DNA of 64,000 bases from Eledone cirrhosa (lineage: Eukaryota): the NCBI GenBank assembly GCA_964016885.1, contig OZ024745.1, positions 32,426,001 through 32,490,000 on the forward strand. Reading direction: 5' to 3'. Below, one piece after another: positions 12,941-23,980 of the stretch (positions are counted from its first letter, which is position 1; each line of letters begins with the position of its first letter). The translations under genes were made by a program, and so were the position numbers. The notes under the pieces were generated by a model. It was not told the DNA's origin. It worked only from the letters and a program-made list of their open reading frames with translations, and did no database searches.

Positions 12941-13248
12941 TATATATACATATATTTATCAAATAATGCTGTGGTTTGTTTTAATTCGACATCTTTCATG
13001 CTACTTCCTCTCTTGTTTATACTTCTTGTTATTCTTCTTGTAAACATGTCAGATTTTTACCATTAATCCCAGACATTAACAAGAAATGTTGTCGGAAAAA
13101 CATCAATAACTAATAAATGTGCATATGTGTGTATGTATATATATATACACACACACACTCTAAATAGAAAAGGAACTTTCTATAGAATTAATTCAGTCCT
13201 GCTCTGTTTAACCCCACTTCCACCTGCACCACTACAGACATACAAACA

Positions 13249-13400
13249 TCAGGGCTGTATTAATTATAAGGCTAACTAGGCTGCAGCCTAGTTGCTCAAC
13301 AAAGACTAGAGGCTATCAACATTGTTACCAGATTAAAGTGCCAAAAATGACCCAAGATGCCTGAAAGCCTAGGGGCTCGATAATGTGTTAATATGGCTCA
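13249..13400. mobile_element. Possible degenerate hAT-like MITE
   Basis: cagggctgtattaa ... ttaatatggctc imperfect termini with internal gcctag repeats. No clear TSD. Confidence 0.35.
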
Positions 13401-13699
13401 TACATGCATAAACACACACACACACACATATATATATGTACATACACATATTAATGGAAACTGTAGTTATCAGTCTGATATTTGAACTCATGTAATTGCT
13501 GTTTAAGGCAACATACCATGTTATGGAAGTGTTAAGCATCAGAATACAATAAGAATATATACAAATATTTCTATATATATTGTAATATATAAATAAAGTA
13601 TTTTAACAAATATATATAAACAAACATTACATTGGAACATTACATATATAAAGAAATATTTTCACACAACGGCACTTAGATTACAATTGTAGAATTAAA

Positions 13700-14460
13700 A
13701 TAATCTTGAAGAAAAGAATTCTCAAATCGTGAATAACTTCAAATTTAATCGTGACAATCAATTGTTGGGAATTTTAAAGAATATTATATATAAAAAAAAT
13801 GATATACATCATCAGCTGACAATAAATGTAGGCTGTGCAAAAGAAAGACTAAAGATGGCAGTCATGTTACTGCCAACTGTGAAAGAATATCTTCTCATTA
13901 CTACCTTCCCATGAGACATGACATGCTAGTCAAAACAATCTGGAATTAACTGAGGAAAACAAAAGTAAAAACTACTAGGGATCTGAGACTGATGGATCAA
14001 AAAAATGTTGGTGGGATCTAAAAATAAAAACCACCACCAAATTAAAATACAACTGTCCTGATATTGTTGTTTGTGACCATAAAATAAAAACACAATTTGT
14101 TGTGGAAATCAGCTGCCCAATGATTTTTGATGTAATGAAAGAAAATTCAAGATGAGGAGGATATCTATAGACCATTGATGAGAAGTTTACAGATAGAGTA
14201 CATATTATTATTGGAGTTATGTGATAAATACGAACCTACCTGGACCAAAGTATGACTGAACATGGATTCTTGGAGAAAGTACACAGTTCTTTAATTCATA
14301 AATTAAATTATAAATGGCCATGATATCTGGATCTTCAAAAGTCTGTAAGATCATAAGATTTAATGGATTGTTGTGCAAAGGACAATGAAAATACCTTTTT
14401 CTTTAAAACCATACCACTGAACAAGAGTTCAGACAAAATAAACTTAAAATAAAAAAAAAG
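13700..14460 (+). mobile_element. 3' fragment of a restriction-like-endonuclease non-LTR retrotransposon (R4/Dong/NeSL/R2-type), decayed
   Basis: From 13818 reads DNKCRLCKRKTKDGSHVTANC...PMRHDMLVK (CCHC knuckle plus RHD), then WWDLKIKTTTKLKYNCPDIVVCDHKIKTQFVVEISCP (PD..D..E nuclease motif). Contains stops; A-rich tail near 14440-14460. Confidence 0.8.
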
Positions 14461-15153
14461 ACAGAACGCACATACATACAGACAGATATATATATCATCA
14501 TCACCGTTTTACGTCCATTCTTCCACGCTAGCATGGGTTAGACAGGTTGTCCTGTTATGGGCAGTGCCCGGTCGGCTGACTTTGTCTTGCTGATACGGGA
14601 ACTGATTTTGGCTTGATTTCTACAGCTGGATGCCCTTCCTAACACCAACCTCATTTACAGTGAGTGCTGGGTGGTTCTTTCCGTGTCGCCCACACAACCA
14701 CTTTACAGTGTGGGCTGGATGCTTTTTTGCCGTGGCACCTCCACAACCACTTTGCTGTGGTGGGGGATCGGGGCATATTGTCTATATGCTTCAGCTTATA
14801 TATATATATATGAACATCCTGTTTCATTTTCAATCCTAGTCTCTCTCTATCCATTCATCTCCTTCTCAAGGATGGTTGTGCTTTGTTTTATCATTAACTT
14901 TACTTACAGTCATTTCAGGTTCACTGTTGTGCCCCATTTACTTTTCTATATCCTACTTGATTTCTTCTATTGAAAAAATTATTTTTATGAACCCTTACAA
15001 GGTCAATAAAATAAAGAACCAATAATGCACTGGGGTCAATATAATCAAATTTTCCCTCTTTTAAAATTGTTGGCCTTGTCCAAAAGTAGAAACAATTATT
15101 GTTGTTGATCTTGTTTTTGTTCTTGTTATTTATCACCATTATTATTATATTTG

Positions 15154-15360
15154 GCAGTGAAGGGCGGTGAATTGGCAGTATCGGTAGAGGGTCGGACGCC
15201 ATGCTTTGATGCATAGAGTTACAGCCCTTGCCATTCTGAGTTCAAATCCCGCCTAGGTTAACTTTGCCTTTCATCCTTACGGGGTCGATAAAATAAAGTA
15301 CCAGTAATGCACTGGTATAATTGCTGGCTTTGTGCCAAAAGTAGAAACAATTATTATTAT
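15154..15360 (+). mobile_element. tRNA-derived SINE, family 1 (near full length)
   Basis: Box-A-like tggcagtatcggtaga, box-B gagttcaaatcc, body ggggtcgataaaataaagtaccagtaatgcactgg, (ATT)n tail. Confidence 0.85.
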
Positions 15361-15575
15361 ATTTGGCCTTCTGCCTAAATCAGAAACCCCTATTATTAGT
15401 ACTATTATTATTTGAAACTTTCTTTGAATTCTGCTTCTTTCCCAAATCATGCCGAGTGTCAACCTGAGGCAAAATTTGGTAATACACACATTTTACAATC
15501 AATTGTTATACAAATGATGCCACAACAGTAAAAATCTTTGCAAGGTCTTTAAATTTATGCCTTTCTCCTTTCTAG

Positions 15576-15719
15576 ATTCTTTCTGTTGATCCTTCGGGCT
15601 TAGCTGGCAGACAGGGTATGCAATCAACTCCTGGTAATAAGACTAAAGATAAATTGAATCACTGGATATTCACTGAAATTAACAGTCGACCATTAAATAT
15701 GTTTGCAAGTTATTCACAG
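15576..15719 (+). CDS. Coding exon D: PDZ-like domain 2
   Basis: Acceptor ctttctcctttctag|ATT and donor CAG|gtaatg. 144 bp, phase 0/0, open frame ILSVDPSGLAGRQGMQSTPGNKTKDKLNHWIFTEINSRPLNMFASYSQ. Absent from the ORF track. Confidence 0.85.
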
Positions 15720-17280
15720 GTAATGTTCCAACATTTATTTCCAAATTCTACAAATCTAGAATTCAAATAAAACAAGAGCTACAATAATTTTTATAATCTG
15801 TGTATTACACATTGTTGAATCATACCTCTACTATAATTGAAGGGAGCTGTTCATGCACATTAACATCAAGCATTCATTGGAGCATGCTTCCTTCACTTCT
15901 TTCCAACCTTTGCATATCCTCTGCATTGCAACAGCACACTTTATATGTAGACATCATTCAGCTGGCCTTCCATTCATAAGGAGAAACTTCCTATTGTTAA
16001 CAGAGGTAGTAGCTCCCTGAATTCTTTCATACTATTCTTATAGCTACTATGCTTTCAGAGCAACCTTAGGTCACCTAGGTAACAAAAGCTACCAACTACT
16101 TTTATTGAACCTTCCCAGGATTGGGAAAATTTTATTTTTTCTGGAGCTCTAACTGACCTGTACATCTACATATAATGTCTGCCTTTTTTTTGTTATTTTG
16201 CTTAAAATCTCACTACACATTTTGTGAACTCATTTTTTACATTGTATAGAGTTCCTACCTACTTCTTTTATACATATCAAACATAGCTACTTCCTTGATG
16301 GGACCAACGTCCTGTCTTCTTACCTACTTACTAAATCTTTGGTTTTTATTTACTCTGAGCCATTTTGATTCTAAGTTCTATTTCCACACACACACACACA
16401 CTTTACTAAATGAATCAAATATTCTGATATGTCAACTTAAGTAATAATTCAAACAGAATTACTTATAGTTTGAAAGACAGCAATCATATTTAGAAATTGT
16501 CAAAGTTTCCGATCAATCTAGTATTGGATTAGAGTATGCGAGTCTTGGATTATTTAAAGAAAACAGATTAATCCTAAAGAAAAGATTATTGTATGAACAT
16601 TCAGCAAACATGGGAAGCATATATAGTCCAGAATTCTCCTTAAGACCAAGTATAAGTTAATACTGGATATATTAACTCTTCTGTTGGTATTCACATATTC
16701 AATATGTCTGCTGTTTATGTGGATATTACAGAAAATTCAAATGTTTTACAACTCTGTTGGACATCTGCATGGTTACTACCATCTCCTCCTATCAATGTTA
16801 TTAATAAAACTAAATTTTATTGTAAATATAGCTTATGAATTATCAAAGCATTTGGTGTGTTTGAAATTAGAAAATGTGAACATCCCAAACAACTGTAAAT
16901 AAAGCCTAACACTGTAGATAATAGTTGAGAAAATGGAGGAAAATTAACTATTGAGATGGGAAAAGAAAGGACAGACATCTATGAACGAATAAACCCTGTA
17001 TCTTTCAAATATTGTGAAAATGTGCAACCATTACATTAAGGGGTGACTGACACTTTCTCCCATCTATTTTAAGGATATTATACTATACAGCTTGTAGCTA
17101 GAATGTAAAGCCTTATGGATTATCAAAGCACTGGAAGTGTCTTAAAATTAAAAATTTGAATATGTGAAGATTCCAATCACAATAAATAGCTTTAATAACA
17201 ATCAATTACTATCACAAACGCATGTGTAAACAAAGACAACAACAACAAAAAAAACATTACAGAACAGAAACATAGTGATA

Positions 17281-17324
17281 ATCACTGAAGATGTCACAGT
17301 AATGTGTGATGAAAGAACTTTGAG
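17281..17324 (+). ncRNA. Hammerhead motif, family B, within a decayed Penelope-like 3' terminal repeat (about 17200-17490)
   Basis: tca-CTGAAGA-tgtcac agtaatgt gtgat-GAAA-gaactt-tga. Downstream sequence resembles 53005-53070. Confidence 0.65.
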
Positions 17325-19334
17325 AATTTATATTTGTATTTTTAACTGTTGGTCCATCAATGATAAACATTAATTGCCAGCTAAATTATTTATAAAAATT
17401 TAAAAACATACTGAAGTGAGAACCAAACCAAACAGTGTGTGTTTTACTATTTTTGGCAAAATTAGGACGATGTGACCCTCCCCAAATATAACAATTACCA
17501 CTACTTTTCTCCATTTCTAAGAGTGAATAACACAATTTTCTCAACTATTATCATTAGTGATTGACTGTTATTACAGTTGTTTTCTGTGTTTAGGACACTC
17601 ACACATTTAAATGTTATTGCTTCAATGTTGATAAGACAAAAATACTAATGTTTTAAGCTTGGGAGATCTAAGACGCTGTGATCTTTATGCATTTACAACC
17701 AACATTAACAAAGTCATTTTAAGTATGTCAGCCTGTCACATTAGTAAAATTTAAAAAAAAAACAATTCCTATTAGATATTTTGGAAACAGTTAAAATAAA
17801 ATATTTTTAAAAAACCACTTGGTTTCAAATGACTCTTAACAGAGTTCTGAAAGTTGTCAAGCTGGTACAGTTTCATATTAGAAATTTGATGCATTGAATA
17901 AAATGTTAAAATTTATTCTTAGTAAGCCTGAATGACTATTTTCTAGTTAATTAACAAATATCTTCATTATTTTCCATCTTCTAGCAATCATTGCATGGGA
18001 AAATTCAACAAATTGAGAGGCTTTGAAAATTTTAGTCATAGCTATGTGGTTTAGAAGCATTTTGTTCTGGGTTCAGTTTTGCTGTGAGGTACTTTGGGCA
18101 AGTGTCTTAGGTTGATCAATGCCATGTGAGAGAATTTGGTAATTAGGAACTGTCAAAGCCTATCGTTTATATGTATGTGTGTGCTTGTGTATGTCTTCAC
18201 CTCCAAAACACTTATCTAACATCAAGAAGGGCATCCAGCCAAAGTATATTTTGAATGTAGTTTCACCTAAGTTGGTTTGGGAAGGAAGACAATATTTGGT
18301 GCAATTCCTTATAGCATTCACATAGTGATTAAAGCATCATTTTGATCACAACAGGAATCAAACCCAAGCCTTTTTAAAGACATTTTATGATTTCTTTATA
18401 TTATGATGTGCGTTCCTTTAAATTCTGAGTTCAAATCTCGTTGAGGTTAGCTTTACCTCTCATCTTTACAGGGTTGATAAAATAAAGTACCAGTAACGTA
18501 CTGAAGTTTAATCAACTTTTCCCTCCCCCAAAATTGTTAGGTATGTGCTTAAGTCAGAACCCATTATAGTGTATGATTCTTTTAATTCTTTACCAGTTCT
18601 GTCTTTGGGCTGCAGTCATGTGGGGTGTTACCTTTCAAGGTTTTTAGTTGGTTATATTTCTCCCAGTCTGGAAACTGTTTTACTAATCTCTATTTACCTT
18701 CAGGTAATGGTATACCTAAATAAAATACCACAAACTATTTTCAATCAGCACACTGATTTATTACACATACTCACAGACCTTCGTATATACATATATATAT
18801 GTGTGTGTATGTGTATCATCATCATCATCATCATCAACGTTTAACGTCCGTGTTCCACGCTTGCATGGGTTTGGACGGGGGTAGTCCCACTTGAGGCAAG
18901 AGTGATTGTCTTGCTCGCATAGGACTGTCTATATATATATATGTGTGTGTGTGTGTGTGCATATACGTATATAAATATATATATGTATATATGTGTATCT
19001 ATGTGTATGTGTGTGATTCATATGCGCATACACATATAAAATGAGTGAGAGAGAGAAAAAGATGTTTGTGTGTGTGTATAAAGTTTTTGTATATTTTTCT
19101 ATTTTAATTTTTCTCTTAGACATATATATATAGAGAGAGAGATACAGAAACACATGAGTTTGTATTTGTTTGGCTTTGTACCTTAAAACCATTCACTTCT
19201 AGGGCATCATTGTAATGAGGCTTTCTTATCAAATATATCTCTGCTGCAGGAAAGCTTGGATAATCCTCTATCTATGTTTTTGATTAGGTATTTAAATACC
19301 ATGGTGGGTGGATGTGATAAGATTTAACATTAAT

Positions 19335-19430
19335 TTAAGAGAGTATTCCATTAGGATTTCTTAAAGGTTTGTACGTGTTGTTCTGTAAATCTAGGGTAAT
19401 GTCTAGGAAGTTTATGGAAGTCAGATTTGT
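19335..19430 (-). mobile_element. Penelope-like RT fragment
   Basis: NLTSINFLDITLDLQNNTYKPLRNPN, containing the FLD motif typical of PLE reverse transcriptase. Confidence 0.65.
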
Positions 19431-19828
19431 GTTATACATACATATATATGATGTGTTGTTTCCTTGAGCAAGACACTTTATTTCACATTGCTCCAGTTTA
19501 CTTAGCTGTAGAAATGAGATGATAGGGACTGGGTTCCCTATCATTCCACTGCAAAGTGGTCATGGAGATGCCATGGCAAAAAAGCACCCAGCACTCACTG
19601 TAAAAATGAGGTTGGTGCTAGGAAGGGCATCCAGCTGTAGAAATCAAGTCAGCATCAGTTCCCGTCCCACCCTTGCAACCAGGGAAAAGTGGACGTAAAA
19701 TGATGATGATGATGATATATATATATCATCATCATCATCATCAACGTTTAACGTCCGTGTTCCACGCTTGCATGGGTTTGGACGGGGGTTTTCCCACTTG
19801 AGGCAAGAGTGATTGTCTTGCTCGCATA

Positions 19829-20060
19829 GGACTGTCTGGTGGGTTTTCTACAGCTGGATGCCCTTCCTAACACCAACCACATTTACAGTGTGGAGCTGGG
19901 AGGTTTTTACTGTATTGCCTACACGGCCACATTACAGCGTGGACTGTCTGGCGGGTTTTCTACAGCTGGATGCCCTTCCTAACACCAACCACATTTACAG
20001 TGTGGGGCTGGGAGGTTTTTACCGTGTTGCCTACACGGCCACATTACAGCGTGGACTGTG
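19829..20060. repeat. 112-bp tandem duplication
   Basis: ggactgt starts at 19829, 19941 and 20053; the two full units are nearly identical. Confidence 0.9.
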
Positions 20061-20461
20061 TGTTTTTTGTCGTGACACCTACACGATCTCATTTGTTTCG
20101 GCCTGGATGTTGTGGCACCAACATAACTTTACATTGAAAGGGGCAGTGTGGATAGGGTGGGGGTGGTGGGACGGGGGTGTGTTTTGATAGAGATGCCTAC
20201 TGACTGTAGTAGGTTTTACTTTGTATTTAGGTAAGGCGGGTCTTCATTTATATACATATATATATATACTGTTCAAATCTAGTGATATTGGTAGTCAAGA
20301 AGGAAGGCAAGACTCATTTATAGTAGAGAAAATATATATTACATTAAGTTTATTTGTTAATTTTCTTATAACAGCTGTGAGGTTTCACCAAAATGAGTAA
20401 ATTGTTCAATAAATTTCTTCAGAAAAATAATCTAGTATTTTCTTTGTTCATAATATATATA

Positions 20462-20651
20462 TGTAAATACTCAAATATAAGCCACCCTTTCCCCTATTTT
20501 ATATCTGAGAAATAGGTGAAAATCCAAACCCCATTTATAAACTGAGGCAGCTAATCAACACATTGTTTAGATGGCATATATAAGCCAACCTCACATTTTA
20601 CCAACAATTTTTTTATTACATATTCTTCAGCTTATATTTGAGTAAATACAG
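20462..20651. mobile_element. Tc1/mariner-pogo-type MITE
   Basis: TIRs gtaaatactcaaatataagc ... gcttatatttgagtaaatac(ag), followed by TA. Confidence 0.6.
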
Positions 20652-21099
20652 TAACCTTTTGTTGGGTATGTGGGATGTGTAGGAGGTAACGAAAGGGAAA
20701 AGAGAGGGAGCCATCATAATTAAATTAACACCCACACACAACTCGATTTATCTAGGTGGTATTTAAATTAAAACAACAAAATTTAAATACTTCATACAAC
20801 TCAATTGACCATATCAGATTACAACCTCAACAATTTCACATTACCATTCTACGACCCTAGTACTTCCTACTTTCAATCACTATCCCTTACACCCTCTCCT
20901 AGTGCAAATCAAACATCAACACAAATATTATACAAAAAAAAAATTGACCAGCAAAAGAAATTTACATTAACACAGATTCCCTCTGTGTGCAGAAATGGAG
21001 TAAAAAGAGAAACTCTATCCTATGCCCCAAATGCAAACTTTGGGTACACAAGAGATGTAGTGGGATTTCAGGTAGGCTAACAAAGAACACATGTTTTAT

Positions 21100-21640
21100 A
21101 TGAGGTCATTGCACAAGCACAGTAAATAGCAACAGCCCACAGGATACTGGCTCTATTAAATGCCCAGAGGGTTCAGTAGAAATAGTTGATAGTTTCCATT
21201 ACCTGGGAGACCAAATTAGCAGTGGAGGTGGATGTTCCAAAAATACTGTAGCTAGTGTGAGAACATGAGGAAGTTCAGGGAGCTACTACCACTGCTAACC
21301 ACAAAAGGTTTTTCAGTCAAAATGAAGGGAAGATTGTATGATGCTTGTATATGAACAGCATGATAGAGAGACCTGGTAGCTGTGTGCAGAGGACCTACGA
21401 AGATTGGAAAGAAATGAAGCTTTCATGCTTCAATGGATGTGTGATAGTAATATACATGAACTGTAAATCATAAATGAACTGAGGGACAAACTAGGTATAA
21501 GAAGGATCAGATGCAGTGTGCTGGAGAGGAGAATGCGTTAGTATGGACATGGGATGCATATGAAGGATGACAGCTGTATAAAAAGGTACAAGAGACTCAA
21601 GTTTGATGGAAGCTATGGTGTTGGGAGACCTAGAAATATG
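21100..21640 (+). mobile_element. Decayed RTE-clade LINE, RT C-terminal fragment
   Basis: EIVDSFHYLGDQISSGGGCS...KFRELLPLLTTKGFSVKMKGRLYDACI, with stops and frameshifts. Confidence 0.85.
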
Positions 21641-21889
21641 TCAATATAGATATATTTCCTTCAAACTACTACTTACAACTCAATTAAATTACAACCTTGA
21701 CAAAAACAACCAGACTCCTTATCACCACTCTACAATTCTGGTGCTTATATTGTGAATTTTATACCTTTATTTCAAGACTTGTTTCAGCTGTGTCTATTGA
21801 CAAAATGGTGGAACTCATTCCTTTCCCCACTTCTCCCTATAATTTTTACATACACAGCTAACCAAAAACATATATATATATATATATAT

Positions 21890-22150
21890 TGTTATACTTT
21901 GGGAGGGTCATGTTGCCAATAAGAAACACACGCACCAGTTGCTTTCACTCCAATTTATTATAAATTAAATTTATAAATTTAAGAATTTTTAAATTTCCGG
22001 TTGGTTGGTTGGTTGGCTGGTTCCAAAACCAGATGGTTGTTTATATATTGTCAAAGTTCTTTCGTCACACATTCTGGAACCTCTGCAGTGACTGGGGATT
22101 CTTTTCTTTGTTTTGTGCTTCTCCTTTGTTCTGTCCTACGCCATCTTGTT
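21890..22150 (-). mobile_element. Solo Penelope-like terminal repeat between (TA)n tracts, with a mutated family-B HHR (22050-22093)
   Basis: Highly similar to 59900-60150. Minus strand reads gtca-CTGCAGA-ggttccagaatgtgtgac-GAAA-gaactttgac. Confidence 0.75.
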
Positions 22151-22475
22151 TATATATATATATATAATAACCAAAGATAACACATTTTTTTACCCGAAGA
22201 AGTTTATTGAACAATTAAATCACTTTGATGAAACAGCATAACTATATTGTAAGAAAATTAACAAATAAACATATATACATGTATATATACATACACATGT
22301 GTGTGTATTTGTGTCCATATATGTGTATATATCTTGTGACAGAAAGAGAGATACATGTTCTTCTGTGTGTGCACATGTATGTATGCACATGTATAAGAAT
22401 CTGTCTTTGTTTATACCAAAGAATGCAAGATAGAAATGCAGTTATTATAATATATAATGTTTATGTATTTTCCAG

Positions 22476-22601
22476 GTAACTGACCGGTTAAATTCAGTTG
22501 AGAAGGACATATCATTTGTCGTGCAACCATCAGATTTCATCAAACAACTGAGAAAACAGATGAAGAAAATTACCAATTTCACTGACTACTGTCTCGGTTA
22601 A
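22476..22601 (+). CDS. Terminal coding exon E
   Basis: Acceptor gtattttccag|GTA. Encodes VTDRLNSVEKDISFVVQPSDFIKQLRKQMKKITNFTDYCLG then TAA (22599-22601), completing the PDZ-like fold. Confidence 0.85.
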   Translation, partial: VTDRLNSVEKDISFVVQPSDFIKQLRKQMKKITNFTDYCLG

Positions 22602-23094
22602 GCATCCATTGCTTTATTCTCTGTGAATTTCATCACAAATGCTTCATTTCTTTACTGATTGAATTCTTCATTGCACTATTAAGAGATTTCAAAGAAATGC
22701 AAAGAATTTTGAAAGAGTTTCATTCTGAATTTTATACCCAATGAATGTTAAATGGCTCAGTTCTTATAGTACAATGAAAATCGGTCTTATAAACTTGTAG
22801 AACCCCACCTAGTATCACTATATGTGAACTTTCAAAAAATATGCAAACATCACTTTCATGGAAATTGGGACTTGAAAATTGGTTTGCTGCTGCAATTGAT
22901 ATTTTGACTTTTGCAATCGGATTTGTTATGTACCCATGTCAGCCCAATTCTGACTTTAAAAGAGTACAATTGCTCAAAGATTTACTTGTTTTTGTTTTGC
23001 TTTTAACCCCTTCCCTTGTCAAAGTAAGATGAAAACAGTACACACTTTTATTTTTTAATGTGTATTGTTGTTAACAGGTATATATATATCACCA

Positions 23095-23215
23095 TGAGAA
23101 TTACATTCAGAGTACACGTTTGTGGAATGCTCAACCACTTACACGTAAATTTCATGAGCAAGTAGTTCTTTTGTTCAAACAATTAAAATACTTGTTGTTG
23201 GAACCAACAGTGGTC
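23095..23215 (+). repeat. Dispersed SINE-tail-like repeat (also about 28960-29090 and 41270-41410)
   Basis: Shared tgtggaatgctcagccacttacacgt..atttc motif. Confidence 0.55.
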
Positions 23216-23316
23216 TAACAACAACAATAATACACACACACACAAACAAATAAGTTAAGGGTGAAAGCACCAATTCTTTGCTTAAACTTTAATCTGTTCT
23301 TATAATATATATATAT

Positions 23317-23319
<3 letters not shown>

Positions 23320-23376
<57 letters not shown>

Positions 23377-23387
23377 TGTGTGTGTGT
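23320..23387. repeat. (GA)n(GT)n microsatellite
   Basis: Direct reading. Confidence 0.95.
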
Positions 23388-23459
23388 ATCATGATTTTGT
23401 CGTTATGGCTACAATATGACACTTGTAAATGAACTTCATGGAAATTTAGATGAAACTAT

Positions 23460-23980
23460 TTGATGGATTGACAGAATTGGTAGAGCGTCAGATAAACTGT
23501 CATGGCAGTATTTGTTCTGGCTCTTTAAATCCTGTTTTCAAATTCCACTGAGGTCAACTTTGCCTTTCATCTTTCTATGGTCGATAAAATAAAGTACCAG
23601 TCAAGTACTGGAGTTGTTTTAATCAACTTTGCTGGCCTTGTGCTTAAATTAGAAATCAATTTAGATATTTGTTTTTTAGAATTGTTCTTTGAAGATTCTA
23701 GACTATTGAAAGTTATATTCTTCTTCAAGTGTTTATATAACCTGGCAGAGATAATCATTTCACCCTGTGGGTTAGATCTTAGTAATTAGTTGTTTCTATT
23801 TTAGGCACAAGGCCAGCAATTACCCAGTACATTACTGGTACTTTATTTTATCGACCCCGTAAGGATGAAACGCAAAGTTAACCTTGGCGGGATTTGAACT
23901 CAGACCATAAAGGGACGTAACTCTATGCTTCAAAGCATGGTGTCCGACTTTCTACCGATATTGCCAATCCACCGCCCTTA
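23460..23980. mobile_element. Two family-1 SINE copies in opposite orientation (23460-23660 +, 23790-23980 -)
   Basis: Both match the consensus. The second is flanked by a direct repeat ttagatcttagtaattagt (about 23772 and 23978), consistent with a TSD. Confidence 0.8.

Noticed and set aside
15170-15255. tRNA gene
   Set aside because: The A/B boxes belong to a multi-copy SINE head, and no complete cloverleaf is evident.
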